Origin: Synechococcus sp.
GTDB taxonomy: Bacteria > Cyanobacteriota > Cyanobacteriia > PCC-6307 > Cyanobiaceae
NCBI GenBank assembly: GCA_047285305.1
Contig: JBJBDL010000003.1
Span: 544,001-608,000 of the forward strand
Length of the DNA stretch: 64,000 nt
Reading direction: 5' to 3'
Below, piece after piece: positions 52,285 to 63,843 of the stretch (the stretch's first letter is position 1; each line of letters starts with the position of its first letter). The position numbers were made by a program, and so were the translations under genes. Below the pieces are notes generated by a model. The model did no database searches and had not been told where the DNA came from. It saw only the letters and a program-made list of their open reading frames with translations.

Positions 52285-54954
52285 ATGGTTGCCGCCGCAT
52301 CGTCGTCTTCTGCAGCGTCTGCACCGCGCAGTGGGGAGGAGATCCGTGAGGCCTTTCTCAACTTCTATGCCGAGCGCGGCCACAAGCGGATGGCCAGCGC
52401 CTCATTGATTCCCGAAGACCCAACGGTGCTGCTCACCATTGCGGGAATGCTGCCGTTCAAGCCGGTTTTTCTGGGCCAGCAGGAGCGACCCGCGCCCCGG
52501 GCCACCAGTTCGCAGAAGTGCATCCGCACCAACGACATCGAGAACGTGGGGCGCACAGCCCGGCATCACACCTTTTTCGAGATGCTCGGCAACTTCTCGT
52601 TCGGGGACTACTTCAAGCAGCAGGCGATTGAGTGGGCCTGGGAGCTCAGCACCGGTGTTTATGCCATCGATCCCAAGCACCTGGTGGTCAGCGTTTTCCG
52701 GGAAGACGACGAAGCCGAGCAGATCTGGCGCGATGTGGTGGGGGTGAACCCCAAGCGGATCATCCGCATGGATGAGGCCGACAACTTCTGGGCTTCCGGC
52801 CCCACCGGCCCCTGTGGCCCCTGCTCGGAGATCTATTACGACTTCAAGCCTGAGCTCGGTGATGAGTGCATCGATCTCGAGGACGACGACCGTTTCATCG
52901 AGTTCTACAACTTGGTCTTCATGCAGTACAACCGCGACGCGGAGGGCACCCTCACGCCGCTGGCCAATCGCAACATCGACACCGGCATGGGCCTCGAGCG
53001 GATGGCCCAGATCCTGCAGAAGGTTCCCAACAACTACGAAACCGATCTGATCTTTCCGCTGATCAAAGCGGCCGCTGATCTGGCGGGGGTCGACTACTAC
53101 CAGCTCAATGACAAGGGCAAGACGTCGTTGAAGGTGATCGGCGACCACAGCCGTGCGGTGACGCAGCTGATCTGTGATGGCGTCACCGCCAGCAACCTCG
53201 GCCGCGGCTACATCCTGCGGCGCCTGCTGCGCCGGGTGGTGCGCCATGGCCGCCTTCTGGGCATCGATAAACCCTTCCTCGTAACCATGGGCGAGGCGGC
53301 GATTGCCCTGCTGAAGGGGGCCCACCCCAGCGTGATTGAGCGCCAGGATGTAATCCTGGCCGAGCTCCAGCGCGAGGAAGCCCGCTTCCTCGAGACCCTT
53401 GAGCGCGGTGAGAAGTTGCTGGTGGAGGTGCTGGCCTCCAAGCCCACCCAGATCAGTGGTGCCCAGGCCTTCGAGCTGTACGACACCTATGGCTTCCCGC
53501 TAGAGCTCACCCAGGAAATCGCCGAGGAGCAAGGCCTGGCCGTTGATCTCGATGGGTTCGAGGCGGCGATGGAGGAGCAGCGCCAGCGCGCCAAGGCGGC
53601 CGCGGTGAGCATCGATCTCACCCTGCAGGATGCGATCGATCAGGTGGTGGCGGATCAGGCGGCCACCAGTTTCGAGGGGTATGAAGCCCTCGATCACGCC
53701 TCCTGTGTGCAGGCGTTGGTCGTGAACGGTGAGCCAGCCATCGCCGCCAAGGCGGGTGATGCGGTTCAGGTGGTGCTTGACACCACGCCGTTCTATGGCG
53801 AAGGCGGCGGTCAGGTGGGCGATCGCGGCGTGCTTGCGGGCAGCGATCTGATTGTTCGGATTGAGTCGGTGAGCCGCAGCCAAGATGTCTTCGTCCATGC
53901 CGGGCGGGTGGAACGCGGCGAGCTCGCCTTGGGTGACACCGTGAAGGCTCAGGTGGACCGTGCCTGCCGGCGTCGGGCCCAGGCCAATCACACCGCCACC
54001 CACCTGCTGCAGGCTGCGCTCAAGCAGGTGGTGGATCCAGGCATCGGCCAGGCCGGATCACTGGTGGATTTCGATCGCCTGCGCTTCGACTTCCACTGCC
54101 CCACGGCGGTGAAGGCGGATCAGTTGCAGCAGGTTGAAACCCTGATCAACGGTTGGATCAACGAGGCCCATGTGCTGCAGGTGCAGGAGATGGCGATCGA
54201 CCAGGCCAAGGCGGCCGGTGCCGTGGCGATGTTCGGTGAGAAGTACGCCGATGTGGTGCGGGTGGTCGACGTGCCCGGTGTATCGATGGAGCTCTGCGGC
54301 GGCACCCACGTGGCTAACACCGCTGAGATCGGCCTGTTCAAAATCGTGGCGGAGAGTGGTGTTGCCGCCGGCATCCGCCGGATTGAGGCCGTCGCTGGTC
54401 CTGCTGTGCTCGCCTACCTCAACGAGCGCGATGCAGTAGTGAAGCAGCTGGGGGATCGCTTCAAGGCTCAGCCGGCCGAGATCGTGGATCGTGTGGTGGC
54501 CCTTCAGGAGGAGCTCAAGGCCACTGGCAAGGCGCTGGCTGCGGCTCAGGCGGAACTGGCAGTGGCCAAGGCCGGTGCTCTGGCCGCTAAGGCCGAGGCC
54601 GTGGGCGACTTCCAACTGCTGGTGGAACGCCTCGACGGCGTGGATGGCGCTGGTTTGCAGGGTGCAGCCCAGAGCCTGGCGATTCAGCTGGGGGATGGTG
54701 CGGCCGTGGTGATCGGCGGTCTGCCGGATCCCGGCGACGTGGGCAAGGTGATCCTGGTGGCGGCCTTCGGCAAGCAGGTCATCGCTGCCAGGCTCCAGGC
54801 CGGCAAGTTCATCGGCGGAATAGCCAAACAGTGTGGCGGTGGCGGCGGTGGCCGCCCCAACTTGGCCCAGGCCGGGGGACGCGATGGTGCTGCCCTCCCT
54901 GCTGCTCTTGAGTCCGCTCGCTCCGAGCTGGCGGCAGCGTTGGCTCAGTCCTGA
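52285..54954 (+). CDS. alaS: Alanine--tRNA ligase
   Basis: [39 protein letters not shown]. Confidence 0.98.
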   Translation: MVAAASSSSAASAPRSGEEIREAFLNFYAERGHKRMASASLIPEDPTVLLTIAGMLPFKPVFLGQQERPAPRATSSQKCIRTNDIENVGRTARHHTFFEMLGNFSFGDYFKQQAIEWAWELSTGVYAIDPKHLVVSVFREDDEAEQIWRDVVGVNPKRIIRMDEADNFWASGPTGPCGPCSEIYYDFKPELGDECIDLEDDDRFIEFYNLVFMQYNRDAEGTLTPLANRNIDTGMGLERMAQILQKVPNNYETDLIFPLIKAAADLAGVDYYQLNDKGKTSLKVIGDHSRAVTQLICDGVTASNLGRGYILRRLLRRVVRHGRLLGIDKPFLVTMGEAAIALLKGAHPSVIERQDVILAELQREEARFLETLERGEKLLVEVLASKPTQISGAQAFELYDTYGFPLELTQEIAEEQGLAVDLDGFEAAMEEQRQRAKAAAVSIDLTLQDAIDQVVADQAATSFEGYEALDHASCVQALVVNGEPAIAAKAGDAVQVVLDTTPFYGEGGGQVGDRGVLAGSDLIVRIESVSRSQDVFVHAGRVERGELALGDTVKAQVDRACRRRAQANHTATHLLQAALKQVVDPGIGQAGSLVDFDRLRFDFHCPTAVKADQLQQVETLINGWINEAHVLQVQEMAIDQAKAAGAVAMFGEKYADVVRVVDVPGVSMELCGGTHVANTAEIGLFKIVAESGVAAGIRRIEAVAGPAVLAYLNERDAVVKQLGDRFKAQPAEIVDRVVALQEELKATGKALAAAQAELAVAKAGALAAKAEAVGDFQLLVERLDGVDGAGLQGAAQSLAIQLGDGAAVVIGGLPDPGDVGKVILVAAFGKQVIAARLQAGKFIGGIAKQCGGGGGGRPNLAQAGGRDGAALPAALESARSELAAALAQS

Positions 54955-56885
54955 AGGTACGTTGTCTGTCGCAGACTGCTTTCGAGGTGATCCAGCAGCC
55001 GGCGTGACTCGTCGATGCGCAGCTGACCGTTGTTGATGGCTGCTTCCGCCGCCACCCGCAAGCGCTCCAGCAAGACACGGGGGTCGTGCTCCATGGCCTC
55101 CAGCACATTGGCATTGGTGTCACCCCGCACGACGTGGTCAATGCAATAGCTGCCGCCGGGGATGAGGCGAATGTGCACGGCATTGGTGGTGCCAAACAGG
55201 TTGTGCAGATTGCCCATCACCTCCTGATATGCACCGCTCAGGAAAAGGCCGATCAGATAGGGGTGGTTGTCGTCGAGTTCGTGCAGCTCCAGCAGCTGTT
55301 TGGGTTGTCCATCTCCGATGAAGCGATCCAGACGACCATCGGAATCACAGGTGAGATCGGCAAGGTTGGCCAGTCGGGTAGGTCGTTGATCCAGCTGCTG
55401 GATGGGCACCACTGGAAACAGCTGGTCGATGGCCCATGTGTCGGGTGCTGATCGGAAGATCGACAGATTGGCGTAATACGTTCCCGCCAAAGCTTTGTTG
55501 AGGGCTGCGAGCTCTTCCGGGATGGCTTGATCCTTGGGCAGTCGCTGCGCAATCGCATCGGCACAGGCCCACGTCAGTTGTTCAGCGGTGGCGCGGTCGG
55601 GCATCCCCATGTACCCGAGCCGGAATGCGGCGAGCGCATCCTGCTTGAACTTCAAGGCGTCGTTCCAGGCTTCCTGCAGACGCACCAGTTGCGCATCCGC
55701 CGTCACCGATAACTCCTGAATGGTGGCGAGGGTGTCCCGCAGGTTGCGAACGGTCAGAGGTTCATCTCCGCTGGCCTTGGGAACCGATGCCGGCAGTGCG
55801 CTACTTCCCAGTACGTCGAACACCAGCAGTGAAAAATGACTGGCAATGGCACGGCCGCTTTCGCTCACCAGCGTCGGCACCGCAACACCATTGGGTTCGC
55901 AGCATTCCCGCACCGTGGCTACAACGTCGTTGGCATAGTTCTGCAGCGAGTAATTGGTGGATGCCGCTGATGCGGTGCGGCTGCCGTCGTAGTCGATGCC
56001 GAGTCCACCACCCACATCCAGGTACCCCATCGGAGCCCCCAGTCGGGTGAGCTCCCCATAGATCTGCCCCGCCTCCTGGAGAGCGTCCTTGAGTACGGCA
56101 ATGTCATTGATCTGGCTGCCGATGTGGAAGTGAAGCAGGCGTAGATCGGGGAGCAGGTTGTTCTCCCGCAGCCGTTCCACCGTTGCTAGCAACTCGGGAA
56201 TCGAAAGGCCGAATTTGGCTTTGTCGCCAACGGAACTGCCCCAACGCCCTGTGCTGCGGCTGGAGAGCTTGGCCCGCACACCGATGTAGGGCGCTGCCCC
56301 CAGGCTCTTGCTGGCTTCAATGATTCGGTCAACTTCGTCCGGCTGTTCGATCACAACCACAGGTTGCCGTCCCAGACGTCGCGCCAGGATGGCGGTCTCG
56401 ATGTAGAGCCGATCCTTGTAGCCGTTGCAAATCAACAACGCCTCGGGGTCATCCAGCAGCGAGAGGGCGATCAGCAACTCAGCCTTGCTGCCTGCTTCCA
56501 GCCCGAAGTTCCAGCGCTTGCCGCAGCTCACCAACTCCTCCACCACATGGCGTTGTTGGTTGCACTTCACCGGGAAGACCCCCTGATACCGGCCGGGATA
56601 GCTGTATTGCGCGATGGCGCGTTCAAAGGCAGCGTGGATCCGCTCCAAACGGTCTTCGAGGATGTCGTCGAAGCGAATCAGCAGCGGCAGCGCCAGGTTG
56701 CGGCTTTTCAGCTCCGACACCAGATCCACCAGGTCCAGGCTGCCGCCGCGATCCCCTTGGGGTTGAACGCTGATGTGTCCGCGCCCATTGATGGAGAAAT
56801 ACGGATCGCCCCAGCGGTCGAGGCCGTACAGCGCAGCACTGTCCTGAATTGACCAGTGTTCGCTGTCTGACACCTGCGTCTGCAA
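54945..56885 (-). CDS. speA: Biosynthetic arginine decarboxylase
   Basis: [30 protein letters not shown]. Confidence 0.97.
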   Translation of the reverse strand: MQTQVSDSEHWSIQDSAALYGLDRWGDPYFSINGRGHISVQPQGDRGGSLDLVDLVSELKSRNLALPLLIRFDDILEDRLERIHAAFERAIAQYSYPGRYQGVFPVKCNQQRHVVEELVSCGKRWNFGLEAGSKAELLIALSLLDDPEALLICNGYKDRLYIETAILARRLGRQPVVVIEQPDEVDRIIEASKSLGAAPYIGVRAKLSSRSTGRWGSSVGDKAKFGLSIPELLATVERLRENNLLPDLRLLHFHIGSQINDIAVLKDALQEAGQIYGELTRLGAPMGYLDVGGGLGIDYDGSRTASAASTNYSLQNYANDVVATVRECCEPNGVAVPTLVSESGRAIASHFSLLVFDVLGSSALPASVPKASGDEPLTVRNLRDTLATIQELSVTADAQLVRLQEAWNDALKFKQDALAAFRLGYMGMPDRATAEQLTWACADAIAQRLPKDQAIPEELAALNKALAGTYYANLSIFRSAPDTWAIDQLFPVVPIQQLDQRPTRLANLADLTCDSDGRLDRFIGDGQPKQLLELHELDDNHPYLIGLFLSGAYQEVMGNLHNLFGTTNAVHIRLIPGGSYCIDHVVRGDTNANVLEAMEHDPRVLLERLRVAAEAAINNGQLRIDESRRLLDHLESSLRQTTYLQD

Positions 56886-56995
56886 AAAGTGGATGGCCGG
56901 AATCTAGGGACATTCCCTGCGCTGCCCAAGGCCTTTGCTTGCCAAGCGGGGTGGCCAGCACTGACGATGGCGGCGCTTTTTATTCACACCAATTC

Positions 56996-57451
56996 ATGGC
57001 CGAACGCACGTTCATCGCCATCAAGCCCGACGGCGTCCAGCGCGGCCTAGTGGGCGAGATCCTCGGTCGCTTCGAGCGCAAGGGCTTCAAGCTGGTGGGT
57101 CTGAAGCAAATCACCCCCAGCCGCGCCCTGGCGGAGCAGCACTACGGCGTCCACAAGGAGCGTCCTTTCTTTGCCGGTCTGGTCGACTTCATCACCTCCG
57201 GCCCTGTCGTAGCCATGGTCTGGGAAGGCGAGGGCGTCATTGCCAGTGCCCGCAAACTGATCGGTGCCACCAAGCCCCTCGAGGCTGAGCCCGGCACCAT
57301 TCGTGGCGATCTGGCCGTCAACATCGGCCGCAACGTCATCCACGGTTCTGATGCGGCCGAAACCGCTTCCTTCGAGATCGGTCTCTGGTTCGAAGCCTCC
57401 GAGCTGAACGACTGGTCTCCTTCTGACCAGGAGTGGCGCGTCGAAGGCTGA
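56996..57451 (+). CDS. ndk: Nucleoside diphosphate kinase
   Basis: [24 protein letters not shown]. Confidence 0.98.
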   Translation: MAERTFIAIKPDGVQRGLVGEILGRFERKGFKLVGLKQITPSRALAEQHYGVHKERPFFAGLVDFITSGPVVAMVWEGEGVIASARKLIGATKPLEAEPGTIRGDLAVNIGRNVIHGSDAAETASFEIGLWFEASELNDWSPSDQEWRVEG

Positions 57452-57455
57452 TCAC

Positions 57456-58568
57456 TCAGTTTTCGAATCGATCCCATCGGAAAGCCCCCAGCAACGCCTC
57501 TTCGGCTGCGTTGGGGGCTTTTTTCATGATTCCGTTGGCCGTGAGCTCAGCCGTGATGGCGGCAAGCAGAACGCCATTGCGGTGATGTCCACAGGCCAGC
57601 CACAGGCCAGGTAGCGGACCAGGGCCAAGCAAGGGGCCTTCGTCGGGTGTGCAAGGCCGGAACCCCCACCAACGCTCCATCGGGGGCCAGTTGGCCGCTG
57701 TTGGCAGCAGGCTGGCGATGCCCGCTTGCAGTTGTTTCTGGCCATCAGGCGTGAGGCCTTCGGCAAATCCAGCGTCCCGTTCGCTGGTGGCCCCCACCAC
57801 GATCAATCCGTCTTCGCGTGGAACCAGGTAGGTGCCGGGGCCGAAGATCACCCGCTTAAGTGCCTCCCGCGGACCCTGCAGCGACAGCATCTGCCCTTTT
57901 ACCGGGAAAATGGTCAGTTGCGGCACCAGTTGTCGGCTCCAGGCGCCACTGCAGAGCACCGCTTGCTGGCAGCGCAGTTGCTGCTGTTCTCCTTCGGCGC
58001 TGCGCAGATGGATTCCGCAGAGCTGTCCGGCGGTATCCCGCTCCAGATCAAGCACTTCGGCCCCTTCCATGAATCGCACGCCCAGGGACACGCAGGCCCG
58101 CTCCAGGGCTCGCATCAACTGCCTGCGGTTGTCGATCTGGCCGTCCTGCTCGAACAGCAGCCCGGCGCTCCATTCCGGACCCAAGTCTGGGATTTCCCGC
58201 TCAAGGCCGGTGCGGTCCAAGGTTTGCCCAAGGTTGGCGGTGGGGTAAGCGTCCCGCTCGGTCGCTGTTCTGAACGGCACGACGATGCCGCTGGTGCGTA
58301 GACCGCAGCTCAGGCCGCTGTCAGCTTCGATCTGCGCCACCCAGCGGGGGATCAGCGCGAGGCTGGCTTGACCCAGTTCCAACAGGTTGCCGCTCAAGCC
58401 TTCGGCATGGGGCGCCAGCATCCCTGCAGCCACAAAGCCTGCCGCTTCGCTGCGGCGGCGGCTGATCACGGTCAGGCTCTGATCGCGACGGGCCAGCTGA
58501 TGAGCAACGGCTAAGCCCATCAGTCCCCCGCCCAAAACACAGATGGCTGAGTCAGAGGCGGCAGTCAT
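57456..58568 (-). CDS. thiO: Glycine oxidase
   Basis: GGGLMG, AAGMLAP, PVKGQM, GHHRNGVLLA. Confidence 0.9.
   Translation of the reverse strand: MTAASDSAICVLGGGLMGLAVAHQLARRDQSLTVISRRRSEAAGFVAAGMLAPHAEGLSGNLLELGQASLALIPRWVAQIEADSGLSCGLRTSGIVVPFRTATERDAYPTANLGQTLDRTGLEREIPDLGPEWSAGLLFEQDGQIDNRRQLMRALERACVSLGVRFMEGAEVLDLERDTAGQLCGIHLRSAEGEQQQLRCQQAVLCSGAWSRQLVPQLTIFPVKGQMLSLQGPREALKRVIFGPGTYLVPREDGLIVVGATSERDAGFAEGLTPDGQKQLQAGIASLLPTAANWPPMERWWGFRPCTPDEGPLLGPGPLPGLWLACGHHRNGVLLAAITAELTANGIMKKAPNAAEEALLGAFRWDRFEN
57481..57524 (+). terminator. ndk terminator embedded in the thiO 3' coding region
   Basis: AAAGCCCCCA ... TGGGGGCTTT followed by TTT. Confidence 0.55.
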
Positions 58569-58659
58569 GCGCGAGAAAGGCCCTTGCTGGTCATGCTGTC
58601 AGGAGAGGGCTTCATCTTGATTCCATAGGATCCCGGAATCTGCTTCACATCACGGGCGC

Positions 58660-60141
58660 ATGGCCGACGCAGCAACCCAACCGGCCTGGGAGGCCGTGAT
58701 CGGTCTCGAGACCCACGTGCAGCTGGGAACGGACAGCAAAATTTTCACGGCAGCGTCCACCACCTTTGGTGATGACCCCAACACCCACATCGACCCTGTG
58801 GTGTGCGGTCTGCCCGGCACCCTGCCAGTGCTGAACCAGAAGGTGCTCGAGTACGCCGTGAAGGCAGCGATGGCGCTGAACCTCAACATCGCTGAACACA
58901 GCAAGTTCGACCGCAAGCAGTACTTCTATCCCGATCTCCCGAAGAACTATCAGATCTCCCAGTACGACCAGCCGATCGCTGAGGAGGGCTGGATCGAGGT
59001 GGAGGTCGCTGAAAAAGGTAAAGACACCTACCTGAAGACCATCGGCATCGAGCGTCTGCACATGGAGGAGGACGCCGGCAAGCTGGTGCATGCCGGCAGC
59101 GACCGCCTGGCGGGTTCCACTCATTCGCTCGTGGACTACAACCGGGCTGGTGTGGCCTTGGCGGAAATCGTCAGTAAGCCGGACCTGCGCACCGGCCGTG
59201 AAGCGGCCGAATACGCCTCGGAGATCCGCCGGATCATGCGGTACCTGGGGGTGAGTGACGGCAACATGCAGGAGGGATCCTTGCGTTGCGACGTCAACAT
59301 CTCCGTGCGTCGGGGGCCGGATGCGCCCTTCGGCACGAAGGTGGAGATCAAGAATATGAACTCGTTCTCGGCTATCCAAAAGGCTTGCGAGTACGAGATC
59401 AAGCGTCAGATCAAGGCCTACGAAACCGGTGAGCCGATTGTTCAGGAGACACGCCTCTGGGATGAGGGCAAGCAGCTCACCAAGAGCATGCGCAGCAAGG
59501 AAGGCGCCAGCGATTACCGCTACTTCCCGGATCCCGACCTCGGCCCGATTGAGGTGAGCGCGGATCAGCGGGAGTCGTGGCGTGCTGAATTGCCTGAGCT
59601 GCCGGCGGCCAAGCGGCATCGCTACGCCGATGAGCTGGGTCTCTCCCAGTACGACGCACGGGTGCTCACCGATGAGCGGCCGATGGCCGACTACTTCGAG
59701 GCCGCCGTGGATGCTGGCGCTGACGCCAAGCTTGCAGCGAACTGGATCACCGGCGACATCGCCGCCCATGTGAACAGCAATCGACTCAGCTATGCCGAGC
59801 TGCCCTTCCGGCCTGAGCAGTTGGCCGAAATGGTCCAACTGATCGATGGCGGCAAGATCAGCGGCAAGATCGCCAAGGAGATCCTTCCGGTGCTGCTCGA
59901 GAAAGGCGGCTCACCCAAGTCGATTGTCGACGAGCGCGGCCTCGGCATGATCAGCGATCCGGCGGCGATCGAAGTCATCGTTGATGAGCTCTTGGGGGCC
60001 CACCCCGATGAGGTGGAGGCCTTCCGCGGCGGCAAGACCAAGCTGCAGGGCTTCTTCGTTGGACAGTTGATGAAGAAGACCGGTGGTAAGGCGGATCCCA
60101 AGCTTGCCAATCAGATTCTGAGCAAGAAGCTCAAGGGTTGA
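58660..60141 (+). CDS. gatB: Asp/Glu-tRNA amidotransferase subunit B
   Basis: VIGLETHVQL, YFYPDLPKNYQISQ, DYRYFPDPDL. Confidence 0.98.
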   Translation: MADAATQPAWEAVIGLETHVQLGTDSKIFTAASTTFGDDPNTHIDPVVCGLPGTLPVLNQKVLEYAVKAAMALNLNIAEHSKFDRKQYFYPDLPKNYQISQYDQPIAEEGWIEVEVAEKGKDTYLKTIGIERLHMEEDAGKLVHAGSDRLAGSTHSLVDYNRAGVALAEIVSKPDLRTGREAAEYASEIRRIMRYLGVSDGNMQEGSLRCDVNISVRRGPDAPFGTKVEIKNMNSFSAIQKACEYEIKRQIKAYETGEPIVQETRLWDEGKQLTKSMRSKEGASDYRYFPDPDLGPIEVSADQRESWRAELPELPAAKRHRYADELGLSQYDARVLTDERPMADYFEAAVDAGADAKLAANWITGDIAAHVNSNRLSYAELPFRPEQLAEMVQLIDGGKISGKIAKEILPVLLEKGGSPKSIVDERGLGMISDPAAIEVIVDELLGAHPDEVEAFRGGKTKLQGFFVGQLMKKTGGKADPKLANQILSKKLKG

Positions 60142-60932
60142 TGAGCGGAGCGGCAATCATTCCCTATGCCTGGAAGGAATGGCTGCTGCAGAACCGGGAT
60201 CGCGGCTGTGATCCTGAAGGGTTGATGCAGCGGGCCCTCGACCAGGGGTTTGCGCGAGAGGAGATTGCCGCTGTTCTCCAGTCCTCCACCGCCGATTGGC
60301 TTGCCTGGTTCGAGGCCCCTCTCACCCGGAATGAGCACCGACCTCGTGCCTGGCGTTTGGATACCTCACTGGCCCAGCTGTACGAGCTGCCAGGACTGCT
60401 CAGTCACGAGGAATGCGAGCAGGTGATCGACGCCATCAACGCATCATTGCAGCCGTCAACGGTGACCCGCGGCGACAATCATTACCGCACCAGCCGCACC
60501 TGCCACTTGCGCCAGCACCATCCCGAGCTTGCAGCGAGCCTGGATCAGCGCTTTGCGGCCTTGTTGGGCGTGGATCCGCGCCTCTCGGAACCGATTCAGG
60601 GGCAGCGGTACGACCCCGGCGAATATTTCAAGGAACACACGGACTGGTTTTCTCCGGGGACGGAGGAATACGCCACCCACACCGACAGCGGCGGGCAACG
60701 CACCTGGACGGTGATGGTTTATCTCAACGCTGTGGAACGGGGTGGAGAGACGTTGTTCCGCCGCCTGGGGCGCTCGTTCACGCCTGTGCCTGGAATGGCG
60801 TTGGCCTGGAACAACCTTCAGGCCGATGGCACCCCCAACCCCTTCACGCTGCATGAGGCTTTGCCAGTGGAGGTGGGGCACAAATGGGTGATCACCAAGT
60901 GGTTCCGTGCCGACTTCGGGCGGAATGGCTAA
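60141..60932 (+). CDS. Prolyl 4-hydroxylase-like 2OG-Fe(II) oxygenase
   Basis: RTSRT, EPIQGQRY, HTD, MVYLN, LHEALPV..G.KWVITKW. Confidence 0.9.
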   Translation: MSGAAIIPYAWKEWLLQNRDRGCDPEGLMQRALDQGFAREEIAAVLQSSTADWLAWFEAPLTRNEHRPRAWRLDTSLAQLYELPGLLSHEECEQVIDAINASLQPSTVTRGDNHYRTSRTCHLRQHHPELAASLDQRFAALLGVDPRLSEPIQGQRYDPGEYFKEHTDWFSPGTEEYATHTDSGGQRTWTVMVYLNAVERGGETLFRRLGRSFTPVPGMALAWNNLQADGTPNPFTLHEALPVEVGHKWVITKWFRADFGRNG

Positions 60933-61555
60933 CCGGGTATTTCTTCTCCTGTTGCGTTGAGCAAATCCATGGCCTGTGATTGCCAAGCGCCGGGTTGGCT
61001 GCGATTGGCGATCACCTGATCCGCCAGGGCGCGTTTCCGGCTCAGGGGCCATTGGGCGGCGATGCGGGCTTGAGCAGCTTTAGGGCTCAGCCCGTCCCGC
61101 GCGATCAGGCGTTGGAGTTGCTGGGATTCATCGCAGTCGACCAGCCAGATTTCGCTGCAGAGCGACTCAAGCCCCGCTTCAAACAACAGCGGAATCATCA
61201 GCACAACGGTTGGTGTCTTGGCGTGAAGGCTGAGGGCTTGGTCGAAGCGCTCCCGCACGATCGGGTGAATCAGTTTCTCGAGCCACCGCCGTTCCGCGGA
61301 GTCCTGGAACACGATCCGACCCAGGGAAGCTCGGTCGACGGTTGGGCCGCCTTCAGCCTGGACCGTTGAGCCGTACCGCTGCATCACGCTGTTCGTGGCC
61401 GGGCTACCGGGTGCGAGGGCCTCTCGGGCGAATTGATCGGCATCCAACACCGGCAGACCTTGCTGCTCCAACCAATGGCCCACGCTGCTCTTGCCGCTTG
61501 CAATCCCGCCCGTGAGTCCGATGCGTCGTTGCGAGAACGGCTCGCCAGGCGCCAT
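60929..61555 (-). CDS. coaE: Dephospho-CoA kinase
   Basis: IGLTGGIASGKS, IHP, IPLLFE. Confidence 0.95.
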   Translation of the reverse strand: MAPGEPFSQRRIGLTGGIASGKSSVGHWLEQQGLPVLDADQFAREALAPGSPATNSVMQRYGSTVQAEGGPTVDRASLGRIVFQDSAERRWLEKLIHPIVRERFDQALSLHAKTPTVVLMIPLLFEAGLESLCSEIWLVDCDESQQLQRLIARDGLSPKAAQARIAAQWPLSRKRALADQVIANRSQPGAWQSQAMDLLNATGEEIPG

Positions 61556-61569
61556 GGTGTCGGAGCAGG

Positions 61570-62808
61570 ATGTATCCAGTGTCTCGCGGCGGATCAGCGG
61601 TGGCGATGGCTTCTTCTTGGCAACCGATCCAGGGTGGTGTGACGGCACCGAATGGGTTCCAGGCGGCAGGCATCGTGGCCGGCCTGAAGACCTCGGGTAA
61701 GCCTGATCTGGCGCTGGTGTTGGCACCGGAGACGGCCGTTTGTGCGGGCACCTTCACTACATCAGTGGTGCGAGCGGCCTGTGTTGATCTCTGCCGTGAT
61801 TGCCTCGTCAGTACTGCAGGCCATGCCCGTGCCGTGTTGATCAACTCCGGTCAGGCCAATGCCTGCACCGGCGATCGCGGTCTGGTCGACAGCCAGCGCG
61901 CCACCCAGATGCTGGCCGATCAGCTCGGTGTCGATGCGGAGTTGGTGTTGATCTGCTCCACCGGAGTGATTGGTGTGCCGATTCCGATGCCCACCCTTCT
62001 GGCCGGGTTGGCTCCTTTGGTGGAGGCCTTGGATGACGCGGGTGGTGATGCCGCGGCCACCGCCATCCTCACCACCGATCTGGTGAACAAGCAGGTGGCG
62101 CTTGAACTGGAACTGGAGGGGCGCCGGGTGCGCATCGGAGGGATGGCCAAAGGCTCGGGAATGATTCATCCCGACATGGCCACGATGCTCGGCTTTTTCA
62201 GTTGTGATGCCGGCGTCGATGCCGGCGTTTGGCAAGGGATGGTGCAGCGTGCCGTGCAGCGTTCCTTCAACGCCATCACCGTTGATGGAGACACCAGCAC
62301 CAACGACACCGTGCTGGCCTTTGCAGCAGGCCCACCGCTGGGCCAACAACACCATGCCGTTCTGGAACAGGGCCTCACCCAGGCCATGCAACAGCTGGCC
62401 CAGGCCATCGCCCGGGATGGCGAAGGGGCGACCTGTCTGATCGAGGTGCGGGTGGAGGGTGCGGTTGACGAGGCCGCGGCGTTGCAGGTGGCTCGCACGG
62501 TCTGTGGTTCGTCCTTGGTGAAGACCGCAGTCCATGGCCGGGATCCGAACTGGGGGCGGATCGTGGCGGCCGCAGGTCGCTCAGGTGTGTCTTTCGATCC
62601 GGGTGCGGTGGCTCTTTGGATTGGGCCCCATCAACTTATGGCCGCCGGTCAACCCGTGACCTTTGATCGCGCCGCGGCCAGCAACGTTCTGCGGCAGGAG
62701 CTTGTTCCGATACGCCTCGGCATAGGGGATGGTTCCGGCTCTGGTCAGGCCTGGGGATGCGACCTGTCGGATCAGTACGTGCGCATCAACGCCGACTACA
62801 CCACCTGA
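61570..62808 (+). CDS. argJ: Bifunctional ornithine acetyltransferase
   Basis: NSGQANACTG, KGSGMIHPDMATML, DGDTSTND, DPNWGRI; alternative start at 61606. Confidence 0.97.
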   Translation: MYPVSRGGSAVAMASSWQPIQGGVTAPNGFQAAGIVAGLKTSGKPDLALVLAPETAVCAGTFTTSVVRAACVDLCRDCLVSTAGHARAVLINSGQANACTGDRGLVDSQRATQMLADQLGVDAELVLICSTGVIGVPIPMPTLLAGLAPLVEALDDAGGDAAATAILTTDLVNKQVALELELEGRRVRIGGMAKGSGMIHPDMATMLGFFSCDAGVDAGVWQGMVQRAVQRSFNAITVDGDTSTNDTVLAFAAGPPLGQQHHAVLEQGLTQAMQQLAQAIARDGEGATCLIEVRVEGAVDEAAALQVARTVCGSSLVKTAVHGRDPNWGRIVAAAGRSGVSFDPGAVALWIGPHQLMAAGQPVTFDRAAASNVLRQELVPIRLGIGDGSGSGQAWGCDLSDQYVRINADYTT

Positions 62809-62859
62809 AGCTTCTGTTCTTAATTCCTGTCACAATCCGAGTCTCCGTCAGACCCATCC

Positions 62860-63486
62860 GTGGACAATCCCAGCTCCCCTGACGCTCCCGTTGAGGCCAA
62901 GTCACGACTCTGGGTGGGCTCCATGGTGGCTGGTTGCTGTTTCGCCATTGGTTACGGCATTGCTGAGCGGATGCTGATGCTGCAGACCAATGCTGAGGAC
63001 CCTGTCCCTGAGGCCTTCACACCGCTCGCGTTTCCAGGGGCTTCCCTGCAGGATATTCGGACCCGGTTCAGTGGCGTCGATTCATCCCTGCAAGTTGATG
63101 TCACAGCCCTAGAAGCCGCCGAGGCTGCAAGCCGACCGGCCCAGCCAGCGGTCAAGCAGACGCCCAAACCCGCTGTGGCGCTGCAGACGCCCGAACCCGC
63201 GGTCTGGACGGCCCCCGACTGGGTGGACCCCCAAACCATTGCCCCCGAGCTTGAGGCAGACGATGGACCCGCCCCCTCATCAGCCCAGGAGCCTGAACTC
63301 GAGCTGGATGACAGCAACGTCGATTCTCAAGGGCTGCTTGAGGAGTCCATCGAGGTGATGCCTGCTGTGGTCGTTCCAGACGGTGATTCACCGGTGCTGG
63401 TGGCTGAGCCGGAACCTGTTGTGCTGCCTCCTGGCGCGGAAGCCTTTTTCGAAGTCATTGAGCCCGTGACTCCGCCTCAGCCCTGA
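62860..63486 (+). CDS. Hypothetical membrane-anchored acidic/Pro-rich protein
   Basis: N-terminal TM helix and a low-complexity tail. Confidence 0.7.
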   Translation: MDNPSSPDAPVEAKSRLWVGSMVAGCCFAIGYGIAERMLMLQTNAEDPVPEAFTPLAFPGASLQDIRTRFSGVDSSLQVDVTALEAAEAASRPAQPAVKQTPKPAVALQTPEPAVWTAPDWVDPQTIAPELEADDGPAPSSAQEPELELDDSNVDSQGLLEESIEVMPAVVVPDGDSPVLVAEPEPVVLPPGAEAFFEVIEPVTPPQP

Positions 63487-63531
63487 TCTCCGGTTGGATC
63501 TGCCACAGTTGAAGCTGTCTGCAATCGGTCC

Positions 63532-63843
63532 ATGGGCTCGTCGGAGGCCTTGATTCGCGCCACGGTGAACCGCATCAGTGCGCGCCTTGGTCACGGCTTT
63601 GCGGACGCGGCAGCGGAGTTGGCGGTGCTGGCGCAAGACGCCCCGCAACGGCTGCGCCAGGAATGGGATCTTTTTCAGGACGAGGTGCGTGCCGAGGCGG
63701 AACGGCTTGAACGTGGTGATCAGGCCACGGTGAATACAGATGGGGCTTCGGCGTCGGAACCGTCGGACAACCCGCAGGAGGTCATCGATCGTCTTCGGGC
63801 CACGGTGGCTGATCTGAGCCAAGTGATCGAGGCGCGCCCCTGA
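63532..63843 (+). CDS. Conserved hypothetical protein
   Basis: Helical ORF coupled by TGATG to the next gene. Confidence 0.75.
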   Translation: MGSSEALIRATVNRISARLGHGFADAAAELAVLAQDAPQRLRQEWDLFQDEVRAEAERLERGDQATVNTDGASASEPSDNPQEVIDRLRATVADLSQVIEARP

